Of a stretch of 64,000 nucleotides of DNA, positions 33,595-42,120 are shown one piece after another. How positions within the stretch are numbered: the first letter of the stretch is position 1; each line of letters begins with the position of its first letter. Origin of the DNA: Clostridia bacterium (GTDB lineage: Bacteria; Bacillota; Clostridia; Christensenellales; UBA1242); contig JAFYKO010000122.1 in assembly GCA_017537515.1 (NCBI GenBank), positions 3,866 through 67,865 on the forward strand, written 5' to 3'. A model generated the notes under the pieces. The model was given only the letters and a program-made list of their open reading frames with translations. It did not search any database and was not told where the DNA came from. The translations under genes were made by a program, and so were the position numbers.

Positions 33595-35700
33595 TTACTG
33601 AATCACCAGATACATTCCCTTGTCGCTCTTGTATGCGTCAAGGTCGCCATCGTCAATGGCTGCTTGAATACATTCGCCCTTGGATTTGTTTTTGTCCTTA
33701 TACTTGTCGTCAAGCATTTCGCCGTAAACACGTTCTTCGTCAGCCCAATCCGTGTATTGGAACAGATTGTCAAAGAACTCAAAGGCAGAACCCTGGATTT
33801 CGCCCATTTCGGAATAGTATTCCCAAAGAGCATCCCAATAGTCTTCGTCTTCGTCAAGGTAGGCAGCAGCAGCACACAGACGCATAAACGTGTTATAGTC
33901 AATGTTCATCTTGATTGTGTCACTGATACCTTCGGACTTTTTGGATTCGGAAAGAACCTTACTAACTTCTCCGTAGTCCAGGTTATCGCCCGCAGCATTC
34001 GGAAGGAAATCACCGCCCTTGTCGGTCCACAAGGAACTGACACCCTTCGGGTAAGCATCGCACACAGCGGACACGTCAGCCAACTTGCCACGGATAGTAA
34101 TAGTGCAGCCGATAGCGTCGGATTCCACGTTCGGGAACTTTTTCTTAATCTGCTTCAAGGTGCGTTCAATCCACTTCTCGCTTGAACTATCCAACGTTCC
34201 TACAACCACGGTGTCCTTTGTCAAGGCTTCGGATTTCTTGGCTTCAGGCTTTTTCGCCTCGCCCTTATCCCTACAACGCTTGCAAAGACCACCATAGCGG
34301 TCATAATCATATTCGGTCATAACTGCCCCGCAAGAGTCGCAGCGTTCCATACTCTCTTTCTTACCGTCCTTACAAGATTCGGGTTTCTTGGATTCTTCCA
34401 ACTTACCACCAAGAACATCTGCAAGTTCTTCGGAGGCTTCCTTGCTAGGCAGATGAACGTAAAAGACATTCTCGTAATAGTAATCGGCCCGTCCATCGCC
34501 CCCTTCTATCTTGATAGTAAATTCGGGGTCGCCCTTTGCCTGGTCTTCATCAAAAACAATATCATCGCCATCACCCTCATAGGTATAATACTTGGATAAA
34601 ACATCCACTACATCTTCAAGCAAATACTCTGCGTCAGCATATCTCAAAAGGTCTTCAAACCCAATGTAAGTTTCAATTTTAGTAGTGACACGCTCGTCGT
34701 TATTGCCAACCTTCCAAAAGCCGAAGCAGGCTCCGTCACCTTCGGATGCTCCGAAGAAATATCCGTCGGGTGCAATGCCGTTGAGTGCGTCAGTGAGTTC
34801 GTCCACAAGCATAGACTTCGTTTCGTCGTCAACGTCGTCCCAGGACTGAATTTCAAGGATTTCGGGATAGTCCTTCAAGAACTTGGAGTGGGCGGTTTCG
34901 TCGTGCTTCAAGGCGTTAAGGAACTTCGGAATAAGGTCTTCGGGCTTCAAGGTGCCATCGGACACAACCTTGTCTTTCAAGGCTTCAACACCCTCGGACT
35001 TCTTGGATTCGGGGACCTTACTAACCACTGATTTCAGCCAACCCTTCGGGTCCCTCATAATATCGTCAATGTCAGTCCCTTCATCAACCCATTCGCCATT
35101 ATCGTCGCACACATAAACGCTACTCAACTCATTATCTAGGAACTGAACACCGAACGTCAATGTCTTACCACCACTAGCATACAGATAATCAAACAAATAA
35201 GTGTCCTGCGAAACACCCTCAATGTCGTCTGTGAAGTAATCGTCAAACACAAACATTTTAAGGTCATCAAGATTCTTCAAAAACGCCCTGGCTTTTTTAA
35301 ACATATCATTCCTAGCGTCTTCGTTAAAACTCTTCGTGGGAAGACCATCAGACTTCTTGGATTCGTTCTTGTCACACCAATCCTGGATAGCCCGTACAAG
35401 TTCGTCAAGTTCGTCAACATAGTCGCGTTCTTCGGGTAAGTCGGTGTCCATACTGCCCTTGCAGTCGTCACGATACTTCTTGACCTTTTCAAGAATATCC
35501 TTGTAGGAAAATTCAGTCGTGCCGAAGTTCAAGTCAATGTCGCCCAAGCCGAACTGACCATTGTCTTCGGAACCACTGTGAACGAACGCAAAACCCTTTT
35601 CAGTGAGCGGGTCGTATTCATCAAGCCACGGGGAAAAGCCACCATAACCTTCAATGTGGTGGCAGAAGTCGGTATATTTTGCTGCGTCCTGTTTAATCAT
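33595..35700 (-). CDS. head-module polyprotein, ~6 segments separated by ESKK(S/P)(E/D) linkers (701 aa)
   Basis: Linkers NESKKSD/G, PESKKSE/G, EESKKPE/S, EAKKSE/A and SESKKSE/G. One segment carries a zinc ribbon, CDSCG...CKRC. Confidence 0.7.
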   Translation of the reverse strand: MIKQDAAKYTDFCHHIEGYGGFSPWLDEYDPLTEKGFAFVHSGSEDNGQFGLGDIDLNFGTTEFSYKDILEKVKKYRDDCKGSMDTDLPEERDYVDELDELVRAIQDWCDKNESKKSDGLPTKSFNEDARNDMFKKARAFLKNLDDLKMFVFDDYFTDDIEGVSQDTYLFDYLYASGGKTLTFGVQFLDNELSSVYVCDDNGEWVDEGTDIDDIMRDPKGWLKSVVSKVPESKKSEGVEALKDKVVSDGTLKPEDLIPKFLNALKHDETAHSKFLKDYPEILEIQSWDDVDDETKSMLVDELTDALNGIAPDGYFFGASEGDGACFGFWKVGNNDERVTTKIETYIGFEDLLRYADAEYLLEDVVDVLSKYYTYEGDGDDIVFDEDQAKGDPEFTIKIEGGDGRADYYYENVFYVHLPSKEASEELADVLGGKLEESKKPESCKDGKKESMERCDSCGAVMTEYDYDRYGGLCKRCRDKGEAKKPEAKKSEALTKDTVVVGTLDSSSEKWIERTLKQIKKKFPNVESDAIGCTITIRGKLADVSAVCDAYPKGVSSLWTDKGGDFLPNAAGDNLDYGEVSKVLSESKKSEGISDTIKMNIDYNTFMRLCAAAAYLDEDEDYWDALWEYYSEMGEIQGSAFEFFDNLFQYTDWADEERVYGEMLDDKYKDKNKSKGECIQAAIDDGDLDAYKSDKGMYLVIQ

Positions 35701-35727
35701 AATGCAGGTCCTCTCTTTGTTAAAAAA

Positions 35728-36609
35728 TTACTTTGCGTAGTAGTCCATAGCGTTGTCAAACGCTGCGTAGTTGGCTTTCTTACGATATTCGGAAGTCGTA
35801 GCCTTGTCGCTAGACGAAGCCCAATAAATGTCATACGGCTCTCCTACAATGTCTCCACTAGGCTTTTCACGTTCGCCCGCCATAACCACAGCAAACACAA
35901 CCCCGTCATCGTCCTTGTAGCAGTCAATGATTTTCTTTGCGTCTTCAATGGCATCGTCGTCGGAGTAGTATGTTTGGGAAGCAGCCATATCGTCAATGCG
36001 GTCTTCTTCCCCGTCAGCGTCAATGCGGAACAGGTCAATGGTGAACACGTCCTTGTCGCCCTCGGCTTCGGACTTCTTGGATTCAGCAGTTTCAACCTTG
36101 TCGGTAAAATCCGCAAAGGTAATACCGCTGTCGTCGTCCGAACCACCGAACAACTCACGCATCACGTCGTCCTTAATATCCTGGTCAAATACCACAACTT
36201 CGTCGTAATAGCACCAAAGTTCTTCAACTTCGTCCAGGCTATCAATAGTGCCCGCAAAAGAATAGGGGCGACCCAAATCCTTGTTCGTGACTATGATTTC
36301 GTAATAGCCCTTATAGACGTTGAACTTGCCGTCCATATAGTAAGTGCTTGCGTCAGTCATACCTGCGAAATGTTCCATTTTACGGCAGCACTGCGGGTCG
36401 GCTCCGTCCACTTCGTCAAAGTCCTCCTGGTCATACGGCTGCAATTTAAGGGTTCCGTCGTCATTCACAGCGATTACTTCTGCAAACGCCATTTCGTGAA
36501 TCAACTTACCCCCATCCTTTTCAGCGTCGTAATCTACGAAATCGCCAACCTGGAAATTGCCGACGGCTTCGGACTTCTTGTTTTCGTGGACGTTAATCTT
36601 CATAGTCAT
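35728..36609 (-). CDS. head-module protein with N-terminal targeting-type peptide and one internal ESKKSE (293 aa)
   Basis: MTMKINVHENKKSEAVG and TAESKKSEAEG. Confidence 0.65.
   Translation of the reverse strand: MTMKINVHENKKSEAVGNFQVGDFVDYDAEKDGGKLIHEMAFAEVIAVNDDGTLKLQPYDQEDFDEVDGADPQCCRKMEHFAGMTDASTYYMDGKFNVYKGYYEIIVTNKDLGRPYSFAGTIDSLDEVEELWCYYDEVVVFDQDIKDDVMRELFGGSDDDSGITFADFTDKVETAESKKSEAEGDKDVFTIDLFRIDADGEEDRIDDMAASQTYYSDDDAIEDAKKIIDCYKDDDGVVFAVVMAGEREKPSGDIVGEPYDIYWASSSDKATTSEYRKKANYAAFDNAMDYYAK
36067..36084 (-). repeat. 18-mer GAATCCAAGAAGTCCGAA (encodes ESKKSE), perfect copy
   Basis: Identical 18-mers at 36067, 36905 and 49177. One-mismatch copies at 32109, 33931, 34993 and 37931. 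Copies with 2-4 mismatches at 34228, 34378, 35348, 36568, 37244, 38204 and 44374. Confidence 0.9.
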
Positions 36610-36630
36610 AGTGTTTACCTCTCACTGTTA

Positions 36631-36679
36631 AATATAACTAAATACCTGCTGATTGTCAACAGGTATTTTGAAATTTTTA
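36631..36679 (-). promoter_or_regulatory. sigma70-type phage promoter with inverted repeat
   Basis: -10 36631..36636, -35 36654..36659, 17-nt spacer. IR arms 36640..36648 and 36660..36668 with an 11-nt spacer. Confidence 0.75.
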
Positions 36680-38254
36680 TACGAAATAGAACAGGTTGCT
36701 GCTACGGGCGGTAATGGCATATTTCTTGCCGTCATTATCACGGAGCAAGGCACCGTTCATTCCGTAAGTCCCACGGCTCACACCGACAAGTTCAATGCCC
36801 TTCTTGCGAAGTTCCTTTGCTTCTGCGTCGGAAATAGTCGTAATGTCTTCGGCTTCCCCGTAGCGGACCATATCTTTCAATTCTTTCTGTTTGAGCGACA
36901 GGCTTTCGGACTTCTTGGATTCAGCATTACGGGTCCAATCATTCTTCGCACAATAGCCCTTGATTACACTTAAAAGTTTATTGACTGCTTCTTCGGGGGT
37001 GTAATCTTTTGCATAATACGAAACAGACCTATCAAAGTCATCATCCGTATAAGTGTGGAAATACTTTGTCCCCACAGTCCCCAACTGCTGCGAAAGTTCA
37101 TTACGCTTAACAAAAATAGTATAAGCAGCATCGGTGCCACTGCGACTATCCGTGATTTCGTCATATTCAATGTCAAAGCCATAATCGTCCTTTACGGCTT
37201 CCAAACCTTTAACGACTTTATCCTGCCAATCGCTTATGAACGCATTGGACTGCTTGGATTCAGCAGTGTTGCTTTCGTCGTCACGCCAATCCGCTTCAAT
37301 TTCTTCCCAAAAATAGATATTCATTTCACCAATGGAGTGTCCCTCATCGGGAATGCCTATAAGGTCTGCGATTTCTTCGCAAACGCCATAGCAGCGGTTC
37401 CACTGATTTGCGTCGGCTTCGTCACGGGTGTCATCGTCTTCGTAATCGCCAACCACAACGAACTTAAACCCGTAGCCGTCCCATTCAAAATTGTTGTCCA
37501 AGATTTCAACAATATCGGACATATTTTCCTGGACGGCTTCAAGGTCAAGGTTGTCTGCAATGGTCTTGCGGTCCTTGTCGGAATTAGACCACCTGTCAGC
37601 CCATTCTTTCATACCCTTAAAGATATTAGTGACTTCTTCTTCCTTTGTGCGGTTTTCGTGCTGCTTGCTTTCGGGAAGGTAGTCACCATCAAAGTTGCGG
37701 GTGGAAGTGTAATACCACTTGCCGTCCTTGTCGCCATAGTAGGACTGTGCTACAAGGTTGCCGTTAGTGTCAAGGGCGTAACCTGCGGTATGGAGCCACT
37801 GCGAGTCCTTAATGTCGTTGAACTGCTTGCTAGTCGTGACTTCCACGGCTCCAAGTTGCTTCATCTTGTTAATAAGGTCTGCACGGGAACGATACTGACG
37901 CTTACCGCCCAAACGCTTCGGGGGAAGACCCTCGGACTTCTTGGATTCGCTTGCTGATTCCTGTGTCAATTCATACCCATCAATAGTTTCCATAAAACTA
38001 TTCCAACGCACTACCAACTTATACTTAACACCGTTGTCAGTCATAGTGTAGGTCGTAACACACGTCTTCGTGCCATTAGGGTATTCTTCTTTTTCGGACA
38101 ACCATTCCCAACCCCAACCAATAAGGTCATCTTCACTATACGGTTCACCGTCCATTGTGTCCATATACGAACGGAAATCCTGGATAAATTCGGATTCAGC
38201 AGCCTCGGACTTCTTGCTTTCTTTAACGGCAATCTTGAATTTCTTGTTAGACAT
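36677..38254 (-). CDS. head-module polyprotein, ~6 segments separated by ESK(K/Q)(S/H)(E/N) linkers (525 aa)
   Basis: MSNKKFKIAVKESKKSE/A, then SESKKSE/G, PESKQHE/N, AESKQSN/A and AESKKSE/S. Confidence 0.7.
   Translation of the reverse strand: MSNKKFKIAVKESKKSEAAESEFIQDFRSYMDTMDGEPYSEDDLIGWGWEWLSEKEEYPNGTKTCVTTYTMTDNGVKYKLVVRWNSFMETIDGYELTQESASESKKSEGLPPKRLGGKRQYRSRADLINKMKQLGAVEVTTSKQFNDIKDSQWLHTAGYALDTNGNLVAQSYYGDKDGKWYYTSTRNFDGDYLPESKQHENRTKEEEVTNIFKGMKEWADRWSNSDKDRKTIADNLDLEAVQENMSDIVEILDNNFEWDGYGFKFVVVGDYEDDDTRDEADANQWNRCYGVCEEIADLIGIPDEGHSIGEMNIYFWEEIEADWRDDESNTAESKQSNAFISDWQDKVVKGLEAVKDDYGFDIEYDEITDSRSGTDAAYTIFVKRNELSQQLGTVGTKYFHTYTDDDFDRSVSYYAKDYTPEEAVNKLLSVIKGYCAKNDWTRNAESKKSESLSLKQKELKDMVRYGEAEDITTISDAEAKELRKKGIELVGVSRGTYGMNGALLRDNDGKKYAITARSSNLFYFV
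36905..36922 (-). repeat. 18-mer GAATCCAAGAAGTCCGAA (ESKKSE), perfect copy
   Basis: See 36067..36084. Confidence 0.9.
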
Positions 38255-38287
38255 ACAGGTGTTCCTTGTTTGGAAAATTGTTATACG

Positions 38288-38419
38288 CTAGAACGGGAGA
38301 ACGTCGCCCGTGAAGTTTCCCGTCCACAGAGATTCGTCACGCAGTTCTTCGTCCGCATACATAGCCAAAATGTATGCGTTGTAGGAATAATAATCGGGGG
38401 AAGTGTTTTCTTCTGCCAT
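38288..38419 (-). CDS. small hypothetical protein (43 aa)
   Basis: My own translation: MAEENTSPDYYSYNAYILAMYADEELRDESLWTGNFTGDVLPF. AAGGAA SD. Confidence 0.4.
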   Translation of the reverse strand: MAEENTSPDYYSYNAYILAMYADEELRDESLWTGNFTGDVLPF

Positions 38420-38554
38420 AGTAATTCCTTATTATAGAAGTGTCACTACTAAAAATAATAAAAATAGCAGACGACAGCACATTCTAGGTAACAAAAATAC
38501 TGCTGTAAGCACAGTTGGACACATTTTATACAAATGCCCCTAACTTACAGTGGT

Positions 38555-39742
38555 TTACACCACTGATGGTTTCGGGCATTCTCGGTTTTGAAGCCGAGCA
38601 TTGTTTAAGACTTCGGCAGGTCCCCCGCCTAGTGTCTTTTTAACTCCAAGATACAGGATGTTCCGTGCAGCGTTAATATCCCTGTCGTGCTGTGTGCTGC
38701 ATACGGGACACACCCACTGCTTAACGCCAAGCACAACGTCTTTGTTTACAATCCCGCACACGTTACAGGTCTTGCTTGTGTATTGTGCGGGGACTTTGAC
38801 TAGGTTTGTCTTGTAAGACAGGTATTGCCGTAGCAACCCGAAACCCTGGTCGCCAACAGTTCTGCCGTGTTCCTTTTCGGCTGACATCTTCTGCATATTG
38901 ATGTCTTCCACGAACACATACTCATACTTATTGGCTAGTTCACGGCTTACCTTGTGCAGCCAATCCCTGCGTTGGTTGGCTACCTTTTCGTGCAGCCGTG
39001 CAACCTTGGACTTGGCACGGTAATACCGCTTGGACTGCACGTCCTTACCTTTGACGAACCTGCGGGATTGGACCTGTTGGTATTTCTCCAACTGTTTTTC
39101 TTTCCTTTTCAAGAAGCGTGGGCACTTGACTTTCGTGCCGTCGCTCATTGTTAGGAACGAATCGTCGGAGCAGTTCCAATCAATCCCGACTGCCTTTCCG
39201 TTCTGTATTTTAGTTTGTTCTTCCTTGAGTTCTACGCAAATCTTGACATACCATTTACCGCTTGCGGAACGCTTGAACGTGATGTTCTTCCACTTGCCCT
39301 CACAGAACTGTGACTGTGCAGCAATCTTGATATAACCTAATCTGCTAGAAACATATAATCCTTTAGAATATAGACCCACACACATTTTTTGAACAGGGTA
39401 TCTAAAAGAAGCCTTACAAATCTTCTTACACTTAAACGTAGGTCTATTACAAACTTTACCCTTACGGGACCCTTGTATAGACGAAAAGAAATTTGTATAG
39501 GCTCCCCGCACATCCGACCACACTTGTCCCAAAGGCATAGAATCTACATCATTTAGCCATCCCAGGGCTTCGGGCTTGAACTTTGTAAATGTAGGTTTGT
39601 AACCTTCAATGGGCATTCTATAATCTTTATTCTTATGTTCAACTACAAGATTATAATACAAACGGCATAGACCTAGCGTCTTGTTAAAAACAGACAACTG
39701 TTCTTTTGTTGGATATATTCTGTATTCGTAAGTTGCAAACAT
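38555..39742 (-). CDS. tnpB: TnpB (IS200/IS605-family OrfB), canonical with zinc ribbon (395 aa)
   Basis: MFATYEYRIYPTKEQ start. GIDWN, VFVEDINMQ, AQYTSKTCNVCG...CPVCSTQHDRDINAARNI. Confidence 0.9.
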   Translation of the reverse strand: MFATYEYRIYPTKEQLSVFNKTLGLCRLYYNLVVEHKNKDYRMPIEGYKPTFTKFKPEALGWLNDVDSMPLGQVWSDVRGAYTNFFSSIQGSRKGKVCNRPTFKCKKICKASFRYPVQKMCVGLYSKGLYVSSRLGYIKIAAQSQFCEGKWKNITFKRSASGKWYVKICVELKEEQTKIQNGKAVGIDWNCSDDSFLTMSDGTKVKCPRFLKRKEKQLEKYQQVQSRRFVKGKDVQSKRYYRAKSKVARLHEKVANQRRDWLHKVSRELANKYEYVFVEDINMQKMSAEKEHGRTVGDQGFGLLRQYLSYKTNLVKVPAQYTSKTCNVCGIVNKDVVLGVKQWVCPVCSTQHDRDINAARNILYLGVKKTLGGGPAEVLNNARLQNRECPKPSVV

Positions 39743-39771
39743 AAGTTATTGTATAAAGTCACTATGGTGTA

Positions 39772-39800
39772 AATATACATAACTTCACAATTAAAAGCAA
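39772..39800 (-). promoter_or_regulatory. promoter of tnpB copy 2 (TTGCTT-N17-TATATT)
   Basis: -10 39772..39777, -35 39795..39800, 17-nt spacer. Confidence 0.5.
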
Positions 39801-39811
39801 CCCCCATCTAC

Positions 39812-39847
39812 ATACAAAAAATGTTCCTGTCGTGTGACAGGAACATT
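39812..39847 (-). terminator. strong rho-independent terminator after the major capsid gene
   Basis: Perfect 12-bp stem 39820..39831 / 39836..39847, 4-nt loop, followed on the minus strand by TTTTTTG. Confidence 0.85.
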
Positions 39848-39869
39848 CTGCTTAATAGTTTAAGCCTTA

Positions 39870-41519
39870 CTAGCCGTTGCTAGAACCGCTACCACTACCG
39901 CCATTCGGAGTCGTAGTCAAGAAGACATTGACATCCGCAGGGGCTTCGGCATCCTTCGTAATCACGATACGTTGGACAAATTCAGCCACAACAGGTTCAA
40001 TAGCCTTCCAAGACGCAATAGCACGTTGAGTTTGGAACGGGTTATCTGCCACAGGCATAGTGTCAGTCAAGAAGACAGGCATATACGTTGCACACACAAC
40101 AGGTGCTTCAAACGGGCTATTATCGCTGCTATAAGCAGCAATAACTTCGTTCGGAGCCACGATGGTGTTGGAACGGATAACCGTGATACCTTCGTTTTCA
40201 AGGGTGCCATACACGTGCGGACCCACAAGGTTGGTCTGCGGAGCAAGACGGAAACCAGGGAGGGACGCAATATACTGACAAGCGACGTAGCCCGCAACAA
40301 TCTTGTTAGCGTGACCCTTACCTGCACGGCTACCGATAGCAGCAGAAGCAGCCTGGATAGCATACAGGAAAGACTGACGGTGTTCAAATTCGCTGATACC
40401 TGCGGTCTTGTTGAGATTCCAGGTAATCGGCTTCCACTTGTTAGCACAACGGACATAGGCAGCAAGAATCTTTTCGGATTCAGCCATAGCCATATGACCC
40501 GTAAGGTCAGCAAGAACTTCGTCGGACGCAGCCTTACCAAAACGCTTGTTGAATTGGAAAGACTTGAACGTGCCCATCATTTCCTTCAAGCCAATGATTT
40601 CGGCACTGACAACCTTGTTGTCAAGAGCGTATTCAATAGCAGGAACGTCGGGAGCCTTTTCAAAGTCAACGTCATAAGTCACACCACCCTGGTAGCCCGT
40701 CGGAATGGTAAGAACCAGGTCGGGACCAACAGCAGCAGCGGTCACGGAAACCTTACCATAGAAAGTCGGCAACTGACCAGGACCACCGCAAACACCAACC
40801 ACGTCTTCAACGTTGCCGTTCTTGTCAACAAGACGGACGTTAATCGGGGTGTTCCAACGGAGGTTGCCAACGCCATACTTAATGGTAGCAGAACCGTCAG
40901 CAGCGATAGCAAACTGACGTTCACTCATATACTGCGTCGGGGAAGCCTGCCAACCCTTGAGGGCGTTGAAAGTGATAGCGTCAAAGTTCTTGGCTGCGAG
41001 TTGTTCGGCAGTCAGTTCGGTGTCGGGGGCAGCAACGGGACGACCACGGGTGTCAAGCCACTTCTTCCAGGCACCTGCGAAAGTCTTGTCGCCTTCAAAC
41101 TTACCGTCGGCACCCATCCACCTGTCTTCGGGCAGGGACGGAAGTCCTTCCTGGGCAGTCAGCGGATAGCCGTGGGTAAAGGTCTTCTTGAAGTAGATAA
41201 GACCCTGGGATTCTTCAAGCGTCTGCACACTTGCCAACTGCGGAGCAATAGAAAGTGCGTAGGTAGCAGAAATAAGGTCAAGAGCAACACGGGGCAACAC
41301 ACCAAGGCTAGAAGCCGAGGAATTTTCGTTCACGAAACTTTCGTAACGCTTGTAGTTGTCCATCTGCTGACCAAGGTTGAACATAGCGTTCTTGGACAAG
41401 GTGCCCTTGAACGACGGGGACTTGGCAAGGGCTTCAAACTGCTTGCCATAGCGGGCTTCGTAGGATTCTACGAGGCGGTTGTATTTCTGATTAGACATTT
41501 CTTCAACGGAAGTCTTCAT
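39870..41519 (-). CDS. major capsid protein, HK97-fold / T4 gp23-like (549 aa)
   Basis: Follows the protease, core-protein and scaffold genes and is followed by the strongest terminator in the window. LPRVALDLISATYALSIAPQLASVQTLEESQGLIYF resembles the gp23-family ...IAFDICGVQPMNSPTGQVFAL block. Confidence 0.75.
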   Translation of the reverse strand: MKTSVEEMSNQKYNRLVESYEARYGKQFEALAKSPSFKGTLSKNAMFNLGQQMDNYKRYESFVNENSSASSLGVLPRVALDLISATYALSIAPQLASVQTLEESQGLIYFKKTFTHGYPLTAQEGLPSLPEDRWMGADGKFEGDKTFAGAWKKWLDTRGRPVAAPDTELTAEQLAAKNFDAITFNALKGWQASPTQYMSERQFAIAADGSATIKYGVGNLRWNTPINVRLVDKNGNVEDVVGVCGGPGQLPTFYGKVSVTAAAVGPDLVLTIPTGYQGGVTYDVDFEKAPDVPAIEYALDNKVVSAEIIGLKEMMGTFKSFQFNKRFGKAASDEVLADLTGHMAMAESEKILAAYVRCANKWKPITWNLNKTAGISEFEHRQSFLYAIQAASAAIGSRAGKGHANKIVAGYVACQYIASLPGFRLAPQTNLVGPHVYGTLENEGITVIRSNTIVAPNEVIAAYSSDNSPFEAPVVCATYMPVFLTDTMPVADNPFQTQRAIASWKAIEPVVAEFVQRIVITKDAEAPADVNVFLTTTPNGGSGSGSSNG

Positions 41520-41537
41520 AATGTCTTCTCCTTTGGG

Positions 41538-42035
41538 TTAGGCTTTCTTGCCAATTTTGGAACGGAACTTCGCACGTGCTTCACCGATTGCCTTCTTACG
41601 GGCTTCGGCAGTGGAAGTAGAAGTTTTGGCTTCTGCTTTCTTTGCAGCACGACGGGCTTCAAGTCGCTTGCGGAACGCTTCGGCACGAGCCTCGTTGCGG
41701 GCGGGTGCGGTCTGCTTCTTTGCAGAACGACGGGCTTCAAGACGCTTACGGAATGCCTCACGACGAGCAGCCTTGCGGGATTCTTCAGCACCTTCATCTT
41801 CACTACCTTCAACGGAAGCGGAACCAAGAACTTCTTCTTCTTCCACGTCTTCCTTGGAGTTAGTAAGAACTGCGACGGTCACAGAGTTTTCGTTTTCGGG
41901 GTCGGGGGAAACGACAACCTGGATGTCCTTTTCTTCGTCAGCGAAAACAACTTCGGTTTCCTTGGCATCCAACTTAACGTCGCCAACTTCCACGATGCTA
42001 TCTTCTTCACGGAGTTTCTTGCGGAATTTAAGCAT
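41538..42035 (-). CDS. putative scaffolding protein (165 aa)
   Basis: Directly upstream of the capsid gene. Acidic N-terminal half, basic helical C-terminal half with a tandem 26-aa repeat EAFRKRLEARR(S/A)AKK. Confidence 0.5.
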   Translation of the reverse strand: MLKFRKKLREEDSIVEVGDVKLDAKETEVVFADEEKDIQVVVSPDPENENSVTVAVLTNSKEDVEEEEVLGSASVEGSEDEGAEESRKAARREAFRKRLEARRSAKKQTAPARNEARAEAFRKRLEARRAAKKAEAKTSTSTAEARKKAIGEARAKFRSKIGKKA

Positions 42036-42120
42036 AATAATGCTCTCCTTGTTAGGGTTTTGTTTTTGTTTGCTAGAGGTAGCTCTACGAAAGCCACCCT
42101 CCTACAAGGGAATTTGTCTG

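Larger units (their letters stand above)
38420..39811 (-). mobile_element. solo-tnpB IS200/IS605-like insertion downstream of the capsid-gene terminator; limits approximate
   Basis: AT-richer block with its own promoter and a ~135-nt hairpin-rich tail after the stop (38420..38554). No tnpA. Confidence 0.5.
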
